A program made the translations under genes and the position numbers. This document shows, piece by piece, positions 1 through 13,155 of a stretch of 64,000 nucleotides of DNA; position 1 is the first letter of the stretch; each line of letters begins with the position of its first letter. Source of the DNA: the human T2T-CHM13v2.0 reference genome, Homo sapiens; NCBI RefSeq assembly GCF_009914755.1, contig NC_060934.1, one strand, 5' to 3'. Below the pieces are notes generated by a model that saw only the letters and a list, made by a program, of their open reading frames with translations, searched no databases and had not been told where the DNA came from.

Positions 1-424
1 GTAATGCTGATTTAGTGCCTGATAATGCACTTGATTGAATAATATTTTTGAAAGACTGCTGAATAGATTGATTTTCTTACAGACTTTGCTCAAACTCACA
101 CCTTCTCTGTCCCTCAAGGGAGGGCCTTGCTTCAAATTACTGAATAACTGAATTGACTTTCACTCTTAGAGTCTAGAAACTGAAACGGAACCATTCACCT
201 CTGTTGAGAAGACTATCTCTGGGTTCTAGTGATCTGCAGTGGGACAGGAACCATGTTGACTGACAGCTACTCTGTGACAATGTGCAGTTGCATTCTTACT
301 CTTGATGTTGTAGTGACTTTGATTTGGGTGGCCATTATAAGACCACTTCCCTCTGTGGCTCTCCCTATAGTGATAATTATTGTAGAAGTCTTCCGACAGT
401 GGAGCTTGGTGGATCTGAGATTCT

Positions 425-1240
425 GTGTCATCTGTGTCATTTTGGGGTCTGTTTCTATTGATTGATTTTTCTCCTCATTAATGGTTGAATTTCCCTGCTT
501 CTTTGTGTGCCTAATAATTTCTGTTGGATGCCAGACATTGTGAATTTTACCTTGTTGGGTGCTTGATATGTTTGTGTTCCTTTAAATATTCTTGAGCTCA
601 TTCTGGGACATTGATAAATTATTTAGAAACCACTCGATCCTTTTGGAGCTTGTTTTCAAGCTTTGTTAGAAGGGACCAGAGCAGTCTTTGGTCCAGGGCT
701 AATAATACCCTGTTGAGTACTCCACCTGGTACCCAATGTATGATGAGGTTGTGCCATTCTAGCTGATGCGAGCACAAACCATTCCTAGCCAAGTGGGAAC
801 CCTGGTAGTTATTCTGCCTGGTCCTTACTGCTGTTGTTTTTTCTCTTTCCCTTTTCTTGAGTAGTTCTCTCACATGCTCACATTGGGAGAAGCTCCATGG
901 AGCAGTTTCTGCACAGCTCCTATTCTGAGCTGTTCTCTTCTTTCAGGTGCTCTACCATTCACAGTCTGGCCTTCATGGCCTCCCCAGACTCTTAAGTGTG
1001 TCTCTTTAACCCAAGGAGATGTCGAGCTCTGTTTGGGTTTCTCCACTCTGTGCTGTTTAGGAAATGTTCTCCAGGCAGTCAGCTGGGCAGTTGTAAGGTT
1101 TCCCTCATTTACTTTCCTTCTTGCCAAGATCACTGCCCTGTGCTGCCTGTTACACACTGTCTGAAAACTGTTTTTCATATCTTGTCTGTTTTTGGTTGTG
1201 GGAAGTGAAAGAGTATAAGCCCAGGGCCTCATCACAGCTG
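425..1240 (-). mobile_element. Ancient L1 (L1M/L1ME-type 5' region) fragment
   Basis: T-rich tract 'tttctattgattgatttttctcctc...ttggatgccagacattgtgaattttaccttgttgggtgc' resembles the antisense 5' region of old L1M elements; ends approximate. Confidence 0.6.
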
Positions 1241-2704
1241 GAAGTGGAAGTTTTGGAGCCGAGACTCTTAGCTTTAAGATGCCAGCTGGGTCCCTTGGTC
1301 TCAATGTCTTCTCATCATTGTCTTATAATGCAGTGAAATAATGTCCCTAAGTGAGGCCCTAAAACTGGGAAGTCTTCATCCGGCCTGGGGATTTTGAAAA
1401 AAGGTTTTGGTTCTAGGAAAAAATAAGAAGTCCAGCAAGGCTTTTCCTAATGACAAGAAGTAGGACAGTATCTGCCATGAGGTACCCACAAATTGTTACC
1501 TTCCTGCTCAAAAAGCTTGCAAAAATGACCTTTGCTTGTATGATAAAAAGCAACATCCTGGACCCTATCTGTATCTTCAACCTCGTCTCCTGTCCTGCCC
1601 TCCTTCCTTCTGCCTCCAGCCATGCTGGGTTTCCTTTAGTTTGTTGTGCCAGCCGGTCGCCACATCTCCTTTTGGGCATGTTCTCACCTCCAGGCTCCTG
1701 TGCTTTCAAGTCTCAGCTGTGATGTCACTTTCCTAGACCAGCTAAACCCGCTTTGGGTCTTATAGCCCTCTGGATTCTCCTTTATGGCACTCATACCAGT
1801 GTGATGACAGAGGGCCTTGTTATCCTGAGGTGATCCTCCCTGAAAGGACACCTCAGACCAAGCCCACTTAACATAGGAGCCAGTATTTCATGGGAAATGG
1901 GATTTAAAGAAGATTTGATTAAGATTTTCTTGAAAACGGAGATTAGAAATTATGAACATAAATTTATTTTTATCTTATACTTACCCAATTTTAGATTCTA
2001 ATTTCAACCACACACTGAAGTTTAGAGTGGACAAAAGTTGAATCAGATGTTGATAATTTCAAGCAATATAATTTTTATGACAAAATCGGATAATGGCATG
2101 AGATGGCCTCCCTTGTTTTGTAATTTAAAAAAAAAAATTCTTTAAAACAAAAACATAAAGAAAGCTGTTTATTGCAGAAAGGGTCTAGGTCTTTATGCAT
2201 TTGCCCAAGGGCTTCCTTTAACCATTTGATCCAACCATTCTGTTTTGACTATGAATTCATCATCCGTGGCAAATCCCTCTCTCTCTGTTGTTACGTGATC
2301 TAACTGTCAGAGCTTCATCTATCATTGGCTTGGCCTGGGGTTTAAGCTGTTCTTTAACATCACTGTCGTAGACATCATAAAATCCTACAGCTTTGGTAAA
2401 GTCTTCAATTTTTTTTTTCAATTTGTTTGTACTGCAATTGCATCATACTGTCAGATAACAGAAAGAAAGAAACAAACAAACAAAAAACAAGGAGAGATGG
2501 AACAGAAATGATGACAGCTCTTTGGGCTGTGATAGATGCTGACATTATGTATGTTGTTTGAGTAGACACTGATCTTACAAGTGGTTAGTTCACTGAATAT
2601 TTTTGAAATTCTCAGGCTAATTTCTGTTTCTCTATGAAACCTCATGAATGTGGACACTTGGCTAATAAATACTCAAGAGTATGTGGCCTCCCTATGTACG
2701 AATA

Positions 2705-2840
2705 TTTGTGTATTTACTTGTTTAATGTTATCTCCCTCCCTGGACATCAGCTCCATCAGAGAGGTACCTCTGAACCACAGGGGCCTAGAACAGGTCTAGC
2801 CTAGAGTCAGGGCATGGTCAAATGTTTGCTGAACAAATAT
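2705..2840 (+). mobile_element. L2 3' end relic
   Basis: 'tctccctccctggacatcagctccat...ggcctagaacagg...aaatgtttgctgaac' follows the L2 3' terminus. Confidence 0.55.
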
Positions 2841-3674
2841 GCAAGCTCAAGAGGAACTGGGAGGAGAGGATCCTTGATAGAGTGGTCTCAGCTCATCGAA
2901 TCATTCCGTTTTCAGTGATCTGGGCTCCTTAAGATCAAGCATTGGGCTGATTGGTTGAAATTGTTTCCTTATTGTTCTAGGGTAGTGTTTAGGAAAAGGA
3001 ATGTATGGGCCAAGCTACTGCTCTTCAGGTGAAAGCAAAGGAGAGATGATTGCCCCCCAAGGGGAAGAGTTTTAGGGTTTTTACTCTGGGCTTGGCTAGT
3101 GAGGGTGAGTTGTGGATCTGTGTTAGGGTACTCAGGCTAAGCAGAAGCTCTGGGAGAAGAGAGTGCTGCTACTTCTGACCTCCACTGGGAGAGCCCCTTC
3201 CAGAATTCTCTCTGCTCCAACCTGGGAGGGGAATGTGTATGTGTGTAAGTTCCTTGCATGGTTTTGGGAGCTTGGTGGCTTCAGGCCTGTCTCTAAGAGA
3301 CAAGCCTAGGAAGCTGTATATAATAAACCAATATTGTGGCTCCAGACAATCTCTCAGAAGAAATGCAGTGTCTTGGGTAATTTTCTTTACTTGGAAAATG
3401 TCACTCAAAGTGGCTTGCTTTGGGAACATTTTAGCCCCTGGAGATTACCTAATACTGGGCCTCTCACTCTTGGCCACACAAGTAACCCTCATGACAGATG
3501 AGAGTAGCCATGTACCCCTGAAGACACGTGCTGGAAGGAGGACACTTCTTTGATGTTTTATTGGAAAATTAATGTACATTTTGCATTTGATTTCAAGATG
3601 TGCTCAGGTTTACTTTTATATAAAAATACTACCTCCTCAAAAAAAAAAAAAAAGAGAAAAAGAAACCCTTCAAG

Positions 3675-3757
3675 TGAGTCAGGCTTGTGTGCTCTCAGGC
3701 AGTAACACAGGGGTTTCCACACCCCAGTTTGTGAAATGACTCATGTTAATGACTCAT
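3675..3757. promoter_or_regulatory. Cluster of three AP-1 (TGA[C/G]TCA) motifs
   Basis: TGAGTCA 3675-3681, TGACTCA 3737-3743 and 3750-3756; the last two are ATGACTCAT. Function untested. Confidence 0.4.
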
Positions 3758-4494
3758 TTCTGGAATAGTAACTCTTCACCTCAGCCACTGCAATGTGGAA
3801 TGCACCAGCATCATCAGTCTCTGGGTCCTCCTTAGCACTGATTCTGGGTTAGAAAAGCAACAACTCTCTTGGCTAGTGTACACCTTCACTTTCATGAAAT
3901 TACAGCTCCTTCCAGAGAGCAGTTAGATGTTCATTATGATCTAGTTTGATCATTTAAGAAAACAAAGAAAATATATATATGCTACACATGTTTTAATTTT
4001 TCTTCTTACTGACTTTCGAAAAATAAGTTGTTGGATCAGTTTCCAGATAGGTAGAAGTTTGAATATGGGAGTTGAGCAAATTCTTGAGGTTCACTAAGGT
4101 TTTTCTTCTCATTAAGATCTGGGGGATTTCTTTTCTGAAAGGCCTAGCCCCTGCTCTGCTCCTGCATTTTCTGAAGCCTTTACATCCCAGCAGAAAGCTC
4201 TTTCTGGATTTAGATGTTGACAGTAATTTCGTTTCTTTACATGCCAGCATAAGCTACAGTTTCTTTCTGGTCAGCATTTTTCAACTTCATATTTTAGCCC
4301 AGAATCCAACAACACCATTAGAAAACTGACGAAGCATTTTATATTTGTGCTCCCTCGTCAGGTAGCTAAATCTCAGAGCTTGACATTTAGGCACATAAAA
4401 AAAAAAAAAAAAAAAGCCCCAGATACTGTGCTATGCGTCAGCTGGTTCATACAATTTTACCACATTCATGATATTTTTGTTAATAAGATTTAGT

Positions 4495-4650
4495 ATCACA
4501 GAATGAGACAGAACTAGAAGGGGCCTTTAATGATCATTTAATTTAATCTCCTCATTTTTAGTGGAAGAAACTAGGCACCAGAAAGGTTTAGTGACTTACC
4601 AAAGGTCACACAATGAGTTAGGAACAGGGTCCCAGTCTGCTGACTCATTC
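4495..4650 (-). mobile_element. MIR/MIR3 SINE
   Basis: Antisense MIR core 'ctcatttttagtggaagaaactaggcaccagaaaggtttagtgacttaccaaaggtcacac'. Confidence 0.75.
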
Positions 4651-4664
4651 TGGGATACCACAAT

Positions 4665-5150
4665 ATAGAGTTAACTTTTGCTGCATGTCAAACTGCCCCA
4701 GTGTTAATGGCTTAAATTGCTTATTTAGGTAAAAATTCTGTAGGTTAGCAATTGGCCTGGGCTCAGCTGGGTGGTTCTTCTGGTCTTTGCTGGGCTGGGC
4801 TGATCTTGGCTGGGCTTACTCATGTCTCTGCAGTCAGGTAGTATGTTGGCTGGGGCTGGCATGTGATGATGGCATCATCTGAAATTACTGAGATAATAGA
4901 GGCTTCTCCCATGTGATCCCTCATCTTCCAAAATGCTAGCCCAGGTTTGCCCTCATGGCAGTTACAGGGTTCCAAGAGCAACAAGGGAGAAATCTCTCAA
5001 TGTGCAATCATTTTTTTAAAGACACTACTTATGTCATGATTGCTAATGTCCCATTGGTCAAAGTAAGTCACAAGAACAAGCCCAGATGAAAGGGAATGGA
5101 CAGAGAGAGAGAGAGAGAGAGAGATAGGATATCCTATAGGCCATCTTTTT
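4665..5150 (-). mobile_element. MLT1 (H/I-like) MaLR solo LTR
   Basis: 'ggcctgggctcagctgggtggttcttctggtc...gctaatgtcccattggtcaaagtaagtcac' matches antisense MLT1. Confidence 0.75.
5102..5123. repeat. (AG)n microsatellite
   Basis: About 11 AG units read directly. Confidence 0.9.
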
Positions 5151-5469
5151 AAGAGTCTCACTTCTAGTTACCTGGGATGACAATAATGACATGCAGTTGT
5201 AAATGATATCATGGGCTAGCCTCTTATAATTGAGTTATTTCAGTTCATCTGGTGCTGGTAGATTTTACTTTATTGTATATTATTTTCTCTTCAAGTACAA
5301 TCTATTGTAGGTGGACATATGAGAGAACCAAAAAAAAAAAGGTACTATTTCTTGTTCCCCAGTTTATGATAAAAACTCTCTTTAAGCTCCCAAAATGCTG
5401 TTAAAAAGAAGCTCAAAGGATCTGTGGATCTATCCCAATATTTATTTGTAGGTTCAAGGAGCAATAATA

Positions 5470-5615
5470 GTTCTAGCCTTCATATTTTAGGACCATTATA
5501 TGGTTTGTACATGAAGCTCATTCTTTACCCCATTTGACTTTCATAGTCTTCCTGTGGAGTAGCTGGGCATGAGATATTTGCACTATTTTACAGATTGGGA
5601 ACTAAGGCTCAGATT
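5470..5615 (-). mobile_element. MIR SINE
   Basis: 'ctattttacagattgggaactaaggctcaga' MIR core. Confidence 0.6.
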
Positions 5616-6900
5616 CTCACTCCTCCCGCCCCGCCCCACCCTACTGCCCCAGGAATTGCCATGGGACTCCATAGGTGTGATGCCTGTGTTAATTTCCTCT
5701 TCCCCCAAGTCTAGAAGCCTGTGGAGAACCCCCAAACAGCTCTCCCTCAGCTCTGTGATTTCTCTCCAGTCTCAAGGTTGGAGGACCATTTTAACCGTGC
5801 CATTCTGGGAAGAGGGTTCCTGCCTTTTCTTTACTGAGAGGAGCCAGGCCACAGATGTGGGCTCCTGGCCTCCAACTTTCCTCTCAAGGTGCCTCAATTT
5901 GTCTGAGTGTCATCCCCTCATCCTCGGAGGGTCCTCCTCCTCCACCTCCTTCTCTAAGTTTAGTCCTTCACTGGGATCCTGATTCCATCCCTCTCCTTGC
6001 TGGGCTCAGGGAAGGTTCCCTGGAGGAGGTGGTGTGTAAACTGACCCCTGGATGATGAGGAAGGTCTTTCTGGTATCAGGCATTGGCAACAGTTTGAAGT
6101 ATTTTCTAGTTAAGAGGAAATGGTAGCAATCAGTATGAGAACTGTGTGGCAGCTTTCATGACTGGAGGTTAGAGTGTGTTATTAGGGGCAGGAGGAAGGG
6201 AAAAGATGGGCCCTTCCCTCAAGTGGCCTCACCACAATCTATCCCACCTCAATGGAAAATCACTGGCTGGTGGGAATACGTCTTAGAGAAGGGTCCAGCT
6301 TGCTAGCCAGAGGCCACAGGTAATAGCCACCTGGTGCTTTCCCCTAGCTGGGACAGATGAGCACATATTCTCTCATGCTCTTGGAAAGCCTGGAGTGGTG
6401 TAATAAGGACCAGCATCCAACCCTTTGCCGGATTACTGAAGGCAGGTGGTGAGGAAGCCACACTCCACACCAGTCAGCATCTCCTCCATCAGACCTCAGG
6501 GCCTGGAAAAGTCATGTCTCCTCTGAGAAACTGCTGTGCTCTCCTTGGGTTGGTTTGTGTTTCATCTGGTGGATACCATGCATAGTTAGACTGTCATTGA
6601 TTGTAGTTTCCTTTCTTCTTTGGCTGCTAGGAAGCTCCGAGCTGAGTGTTTTCCTAATGTATTTTAAAGAGTAAAAATCAGTTTGTTGATTTTTATAAAT
6701 AGAAATATAATAATAATTAAAAATTTTCAACAGTGCAACAATGTATGAAAAAGAAAGTTTAGGTTTAAAAATCACTCCAACTATTACCATTAGGTAAAAA
6801 TATTACAGATATTATTTTCTGTCTCTCCGTTTGTGGAGACACACACACAAACATACACACATGCAGTTTTCCATATATGTCAATATTCATGAATGGACTT

Positions 6901-6926
6901 CCATCTATCTATCTATCTATCTATCC

Positions 6927-6959
<33 letters not shown>

Positions 6960-7068
6960 ATTACTTATCTATATCTACCTCTCTACTTATCTTCTTTCTC
7001 AGTCTCTCGTTCCATCAATCAACCAATCAACCAATCAATCAATCAATAGATAGATAGATTGATAGATA
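6901..7068. repeat. Compound tetranucleotide STR: (TCTA)n ... (TCAA)n (TAGA)n
   Basis: About 14 TCTA units at 6901-6959, TCAA/CCAA units 7015-7046, TAGA units 7047-7068. Confidence 0.9.
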
Positions 7069-7399
7069 ATGTGTGGAAGTCCATTTGTGAAAAACAAATC
7101 ATATGAATGATGCTTGTTACTTTTAACATAAAGACTTGAAGTTGATTTTTCTTAAATTTCAAAAAAGAAAAAGAAGCTAAAGGCAAGTGGAATGAATGGT
7201 TGAACTTTTCACCACAAGATACATTCTCTTCTAAAAGGTCTAAGGTTAAGACAGGAGACTGTGGAGAGAACATTGAGGTTGGGGTAATGATGTTTTTCTA
7301 GATGCGTTGTTTCGCTTTCAGATACTCTCAGTCACCCCCTTGCTGTGAAAGATGAGGAACTGAGCACCTCACACCTCCTACACGCTTCTTTGAGGAGTT

Positions 7400-8250
7400 A
7401 TAAAATGTTCACAGTTCACACAATAGTTTGGTATTAATTCTATGTTTAAATAGATTCTATTGTTACTACTGGCCATTTTACCACCCCTTCTCCACTACTG
7501 AAATCTCGATTTCCATTTATCTCTTAATTAGCTGGTTTCATGGGCAAGTAGTTTTGTCAAGAAGACACTGTATTCACTGAGTTTTTAAAATTTCTGTTTT
7601 GTACTTACCTTCATGTCTGAGAATGTCTGTTTGTTGCCTTTCTATGAGACCAGATCCTTGGCTGGCTGTGGTACTCTTGATTTCCTTCTCCCTTTAAATG
7701 GGGTATCCTTGCTCCATTGTCTCGGAGGAGGAATGTTGCCTTAGGCCTGAGGGCAGCCTGACCCTCTCCTTTCTTGATGATCATAGGCTTTCCATACCTG
7801 AATTCTTGAGAAACTGTTACATTTTCATTTAAGTTAAATTACATAATTAGAACATATCATGATGTCGGACTTACTGAATGAGATTATTTCTTCTGGAATA
7901 TTATGTGTTATGGATTCAGTTCTTCCTTCTCAGACAGTGCTGTATTGTATCATTCAATTCCTTTCTAGTCAATACCTTTTCCCTGCCTTCTGTGGTTTCT
8001 CTATGTCCGGGACACTAATTACCTTGTGTTGAATTCTCTTTTTTCTGGTTTCTTTGTCTTTTTCATCTATTTCTTTTTGATTATCTAGGCCTTTCCTTTA
8101 TGCCAGTAATTCGATTTTCAGCTATATCTGTACTGTTCTTGCTGATTTTAATTATGTTATTTATTTTTAAACACTGTTTGGTCCACAATTTATTTTCTTT
8201 GGTTTGTAATCTCCATTTTCCTTTCTTTATGTCATTTTCTCACTCCTCTC
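7400..8250 (-). mobile_element. HAL1/old L1 ORF1-region relic
   Basis: 'aatgtctgtttgttgccttt...ttggctggctg...ttgctccattgtct...gaatgttgcc...tgagggcagcctga' resembles antisense HAL1; probably continues in pieces at about 9.75-11.45 kb. Confidence 0.55.
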
Positions 8251-8254
8251 ATCA

Positions 8255-9040
8255 TTTTATTATGACAGTTTCAAAGATATATAAAAGGTGAAAGAATTGA
8301 TAGTGGATACCCATATACCCACCACCCATGTTCTACAATTAACATTTTACTCTACTTGCTTCACCATGTATCTGTTAACAACTAGTCCTTCAATCCCTCT
8401 ATCCATCATATTTTTTGCTAGGTTTCAAAAGCAAGGGGGTCACATAGGTACACATCCCTCTAAATACTTCAGCAAGAATATCACTAACTGGACCCAGCGC
8501 GATGCCTCACGCCTATATCCCAGCTCTTTGGGAGACTGAGGCAGGCGGATGGCTTGAGTGCAGGAGTTTGAGACCAGCCTGGGCAACATGGCAAAAGCCT
8601 GTCTCTATTAAAAATATAAAAATTAGCTGGGCATGGTTTTGTGTACCTGTGGTCCTAGCTACTTGGGAGGCTGAAGTGGGAGGATTCACTGAGCCCAGGA
8701 GGGCAAAGGCTGCAGTGAGCTGTGATCACACCACTGAACTCCAGCCTGGGTGACAGAGCCAGACTCTGTCTCAAAAAAAAAAAAAAAAAAAAAAAAATCA
8801 CTAATTGGAGTTTAACTTTTATTTACAGTTTTTTATTTTTTCCCTTGATGTGAAATTTGCATACAACAAAATGCCACACATCTTGAGTATGTCATTTGAT
8901 AAGTTTCCCCAAAAAATTTATCGCAAAAATTTCAAACATACAGCAACATTGAAAGATTTTTACAGCAAACAACCACGAACGCATTACTTAGATTTTTATA
9001 TTAACAATTAACTCTACTTGTTTTATCACATATCGATCAC
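8255..9040 (-). mobile_element. L1MC-type 3' end, interrupted by an Alu
   Basis: 'ttttattatgacagtttcaaagatata...acccatatacccaccacc...cctctaaatacttcagca' typical of L1MC4/5 3' UTR antisense. Confidence 0.6.
8490..8797 (+). mobile_element. AluJ (Jb-like), full length
   Basis: Dimeric Alu with J-type right arm (gaggctgaagtgggaggattcactgagcccagg), poly(A) tail, degenerate TSD atcactaac/atcactaat. Confidence 0.95.
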
Positions 9041-9044
9041 ATTT

Positions 9045-9735
9045 TCTTTTGAGGTAAAATTTACGTATCATTAAATGCACAAATCGTAAGTGTACATTTG
9101 ATGAACTTTAGCAAATACATCCACTGTGTGCTCCAAATCACCATCAAACTATAGACCACTACGTTGGAAACTCCCTGGTGTTCAGCTCATTTCCAGCCCC
9201 CACCCAGAGGCAACGACCATTCTGATTTTTTTCCACCATAGATTAGTCTTCCTTGTTCTTGAGCCCCACATAAATGGAATCATATAAGGCATACTCTTTT
9301 GTGTAAGACTTCTTTCACTCAGCATAATGTTTTTGAAATTCATCTTTATTGTTGTCTTTATCGGTAATTTGCTTCTTTTTATTGCTTATAAGTTTTCCAT
9401 TGCATGAGTATACCATTGTTTATTCTTGTTTCTGGACACCTGGGATGTTTCCAGGTTTTGACCATTATGAATAAAGCTGCTGGGAACATTTTTGTGCAAA
9501 CCTTTTGTTCATTTCTCTTGGATAAGTGCCTAAAATTAGAATTGTTAGGTCATAGGGTAGGTATATGTTTAGTTTTATAAGACACTGCCAGAACTTTTCT
9601 CCAATTTTTGTATTATCTTATATTATCACCAGCAATGCTTGAAGGTTCTATTAAATAGTTGCTCCATATCCTCGGCAACACGGGGTGTTGTCAGTCTTTT
9701 TGATTTTAGCCTTTCTGGTGGGGTAGAGTGGTCAT
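9045..9735 (-). mobile_element. L1ME/MD-type 3' end
   Basis: 'cataaatggaatcatata...ctttcactcagcataatgtttttgaaattcatc...ttatgaataaagctgct' L1 3' antisense. Confidence 0.8.
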
Positions 9736-10074
9736 TTGGGGCTCTTTTTAAAAATTGGATTCATGTTCTTACTGCATTTTTCTTCAGCTATTGCGCTTGT
9801 AAAATTTTTCTTGTGTACTTTAGTTCACGTTTCTTCCATCGTTTGGTCGTATCTATCTTTCCCTTGCTGTTTCTTTTCCCTTTCAGGGGGAGTGGCCGTC
9901 AGCTCCATGCTCCAAGTCGCTTAGTTGCTGCACCATCTCTTTTCATTTAATTTGTGCTTGAGCAGCTCTCTCCAGACATTTATTTTGATCTAATGGAGTG
10001 TGTTTAGCTTCTTGACTTTCTTTCCATTGTACTTGAGGATGCTTTGATTATTTTTTCCCTCCTTTGCTACAGTA

Positions 10075-10560
10075 TTTTTTTAAACCAGGTATGATTTACA
10101 TAGAGTAAAATCCATCCTTCCCCAGATGTTCACTTCTATCAATATTGGCAAGTGTGCTCAGATGTGTAACTGCCACCACAATCAGGATATTCACTGTTTC
10201 CATCATTCCACAAAGTTCCCTCATGTGCCTTTGTAGTCGATCCCCACGACCTCCAAGTCCCGGCAACCTCTGATGTATTTCCTGTCCTTAGAGTTTTGTT
10301 TTTTCCAGAATGTTGTATCAGTGAAATCATACAGTATGTCACCTTTTGAGTCTGGATGCTTTCACTTCATCTGTGGTGTTGCACGAATCAATAGTTTGTT
10401 CTTTTTGTTGCTGAGTATGATTCCGTTAGCTGGATGTACCACAGTGTGTTTATCCACTTACCAGGTGAGGGACACTTCCATTATTTCTGGTTTTGGATGA
10501 TTATAGAAAAAGCTTCTATAAACATCTGCATACTGTTTTTTTTGTGGGTGTTCATATCAT
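10075..10560 (-). mobile_element. L1MC/MD/ME-type 3' end
   Basis: 'tgtgtaactgccaccacaatcaggata...tttccagaatgttgtatcagtgaaatcatacagtatg'. Confidence 0.8.
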
Positions 10561-11087
10561 TTGCCACATTTTAAGGACTGATGTTTCATGTTGTAGTTGC
10601 ATATTTTTGTCCCGAATAGCTCCAATAAAGCAAGTGTCTATGTTAGACTTCCACTTCTGGACTTTTGTTTAATATCCACTCTTGGGCTCATCACACACAG
10701 TGGAGGGGTGTTGACCTTTCCCATGGCATACTCTTGGCTTTAGATGGTTTCTCTAATCACCATGTGGACCCAGAATGCTCACTTCTATCTGAGAGAGTAA
10801 GGGCCCTGATCCTGTCCTCAGTTTTCCTGTTTCCCCCAGCAGCAGTTTTCACTCATCCCCAGTCAATGGTGAGAAAGCTGTGGCCAGCTTCACTCCAGAT
10901 CCTAGGGTATTAGTGAGAATAGCTAGTATTTTGCTGACCCAAAATGGCTCCTGGGGGATTGGGAGTGGGAATGGACACATTGCTGCACTGAATCATTTTG
11001 CTCTGCTCCATAATTTTCCTTTTCTTTCCTTGGCTGATGCTTTTGAAGCTTTGTGCTATGCCTCTGTCCTTTTTTGCTGTATTTCAA

Positions 11088-11392
11088 TTTTTATTTATTT
11101 ATTTATTTTTGAGACAGAGTCTTCCTCTGTCACCCAGGGTAGAGTGCAGTGGCATGATCTTGGCTCACTGCAACCTCTGTCTCCTGGTCTCAAGCAATCC
11201 TCCTGCCTTAGCCTTCCAAGTAGCTGAGACCACAGACATGTGTCACCATGTCTGGCTCATTTTTGTATTTTTAGTAGGGATGGGGCTTCGCCATGTTGCC
11301 CAGGCTGGTCTTGAACTCCTGAACTTGTGTGATCTGCCTGTCTTGGCCTCCCAAAGTGCTAGGATTGCAGGCATGAGCCACTGCACCTGGCC
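11088..11392 (-). mobile_element. AluJ, full length
   Basis: Antisense Alu from poly(T) 'ttttgagacagagtct' to 'ccactgcacctggcc'; J-type diagnostics. Confidence 0.95.
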
Positions 11393-11887
11393 TATTTTTT
11401 TTTATTTTTAAAATCAATTTCTTTAGCTATTTGGGGAGGGAGGTTCTCTATGCAGCTTCCATTAGCCATCCTAACTCAAAAATCTCTGCTTACCATTAAA
11501 AACTGTGCAGACCGTTTTGACTTGCATTTTCACGTCCTAACTTTTCCTTTGGCCTCATCCTGCTATTCTCGTCTGATTTTCCTTCTCTCAGATTTCTTTA
11601 TCTATTTTAAAATTTTATGGTGCTATATGCATATTTACAAGCTGCCTCAAATACTTTTGGAATGTAGTGGGATATAAATAAATCCATAACATTAAAAAAA
11701 AATCAAAATCAGTCAAGGGTTACCTAAGACCTGTGGGCTGTGGCGGCTGCAGGTAGGCCAGAATTCTGGATCTCAAGGAATTGTTAAGTACCTCCGGTTG
11801 AGTTTAGTGGTGACTTTGCTAAATGAACCACTTCAGCCCTTCAGGGAGCAGAGCTTCATTTTATGGCAGCTGAAACAGTATTGAGTA

Positions 11888-12520
<633 letters not shown>

Positions 12521-12987
12521 CTACAAGGTTGAAGGTGGGACAGGTTATTTGGGTTAAGTGTGGCAGCCTGAAGAGCTGACCCCTAGAGGTGCCTCTCCAA
12601 AGGCCCTGTGGCTCTAAGGAACACTTTGGAGACTTCAGACTAGATCGTGGGCAGACTAGATCTCTGATCTCCTCTTGTGCCTTACATACCCACAGGAATA
12701 GTCACTTACAGCTTCTCAACCCTGGATGCTGTGGGTTTGCACATGACACACTGACCCTGAACAAACTTTGGAGCATGTGTGTGCTCTGCAAATTCCAGAA
12801 ATTATTTTCAGAGAATGCATTTTTGCCCCAGTGGAAGCTTTGAGTGTGTTTGTGAAGATGTCTATGTCCAAGTGTGTGTCTCTGTGTGTGTATGAGAATG
12901 AGAACATCATTGATCCGTGGGCATTTATTGTTCCATGGGAAGACCAGTTGATCTTGTAGGGAATGTTTTGAGTTAGTGATTCTAGAA

Positions 12988-13155
12988 CAGGGGTTGGCAA
13001 ACTACTGTCTGTGTGTCCAATTCAGCCTGCAGCTTGTATTTGTACAGCATGTGAGCTAAGAATGGTTTTTACATTTTTTAAAGAATTTTTTTTTAAAGCC
13101 CAAGATACAAAGCCTAAAATATTTACTATCTGGCCCTTTACTCAAAATGTACTGA
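12988..13155. mobile_element. MER58 hAT-Charlie MITE (internally deleted)
   Basis: 'caggggttggcaaact...gagctaagaatggtttttac...aaagcctaaaatatttactatctggcccttta'. Confidence 0.8.

Noticed and set aside
8255-9040. Two similar segments at about 8260 and 8920
   Set aside because: Both fit L1MC-type 3' sequence, so shared repeat origin explains them
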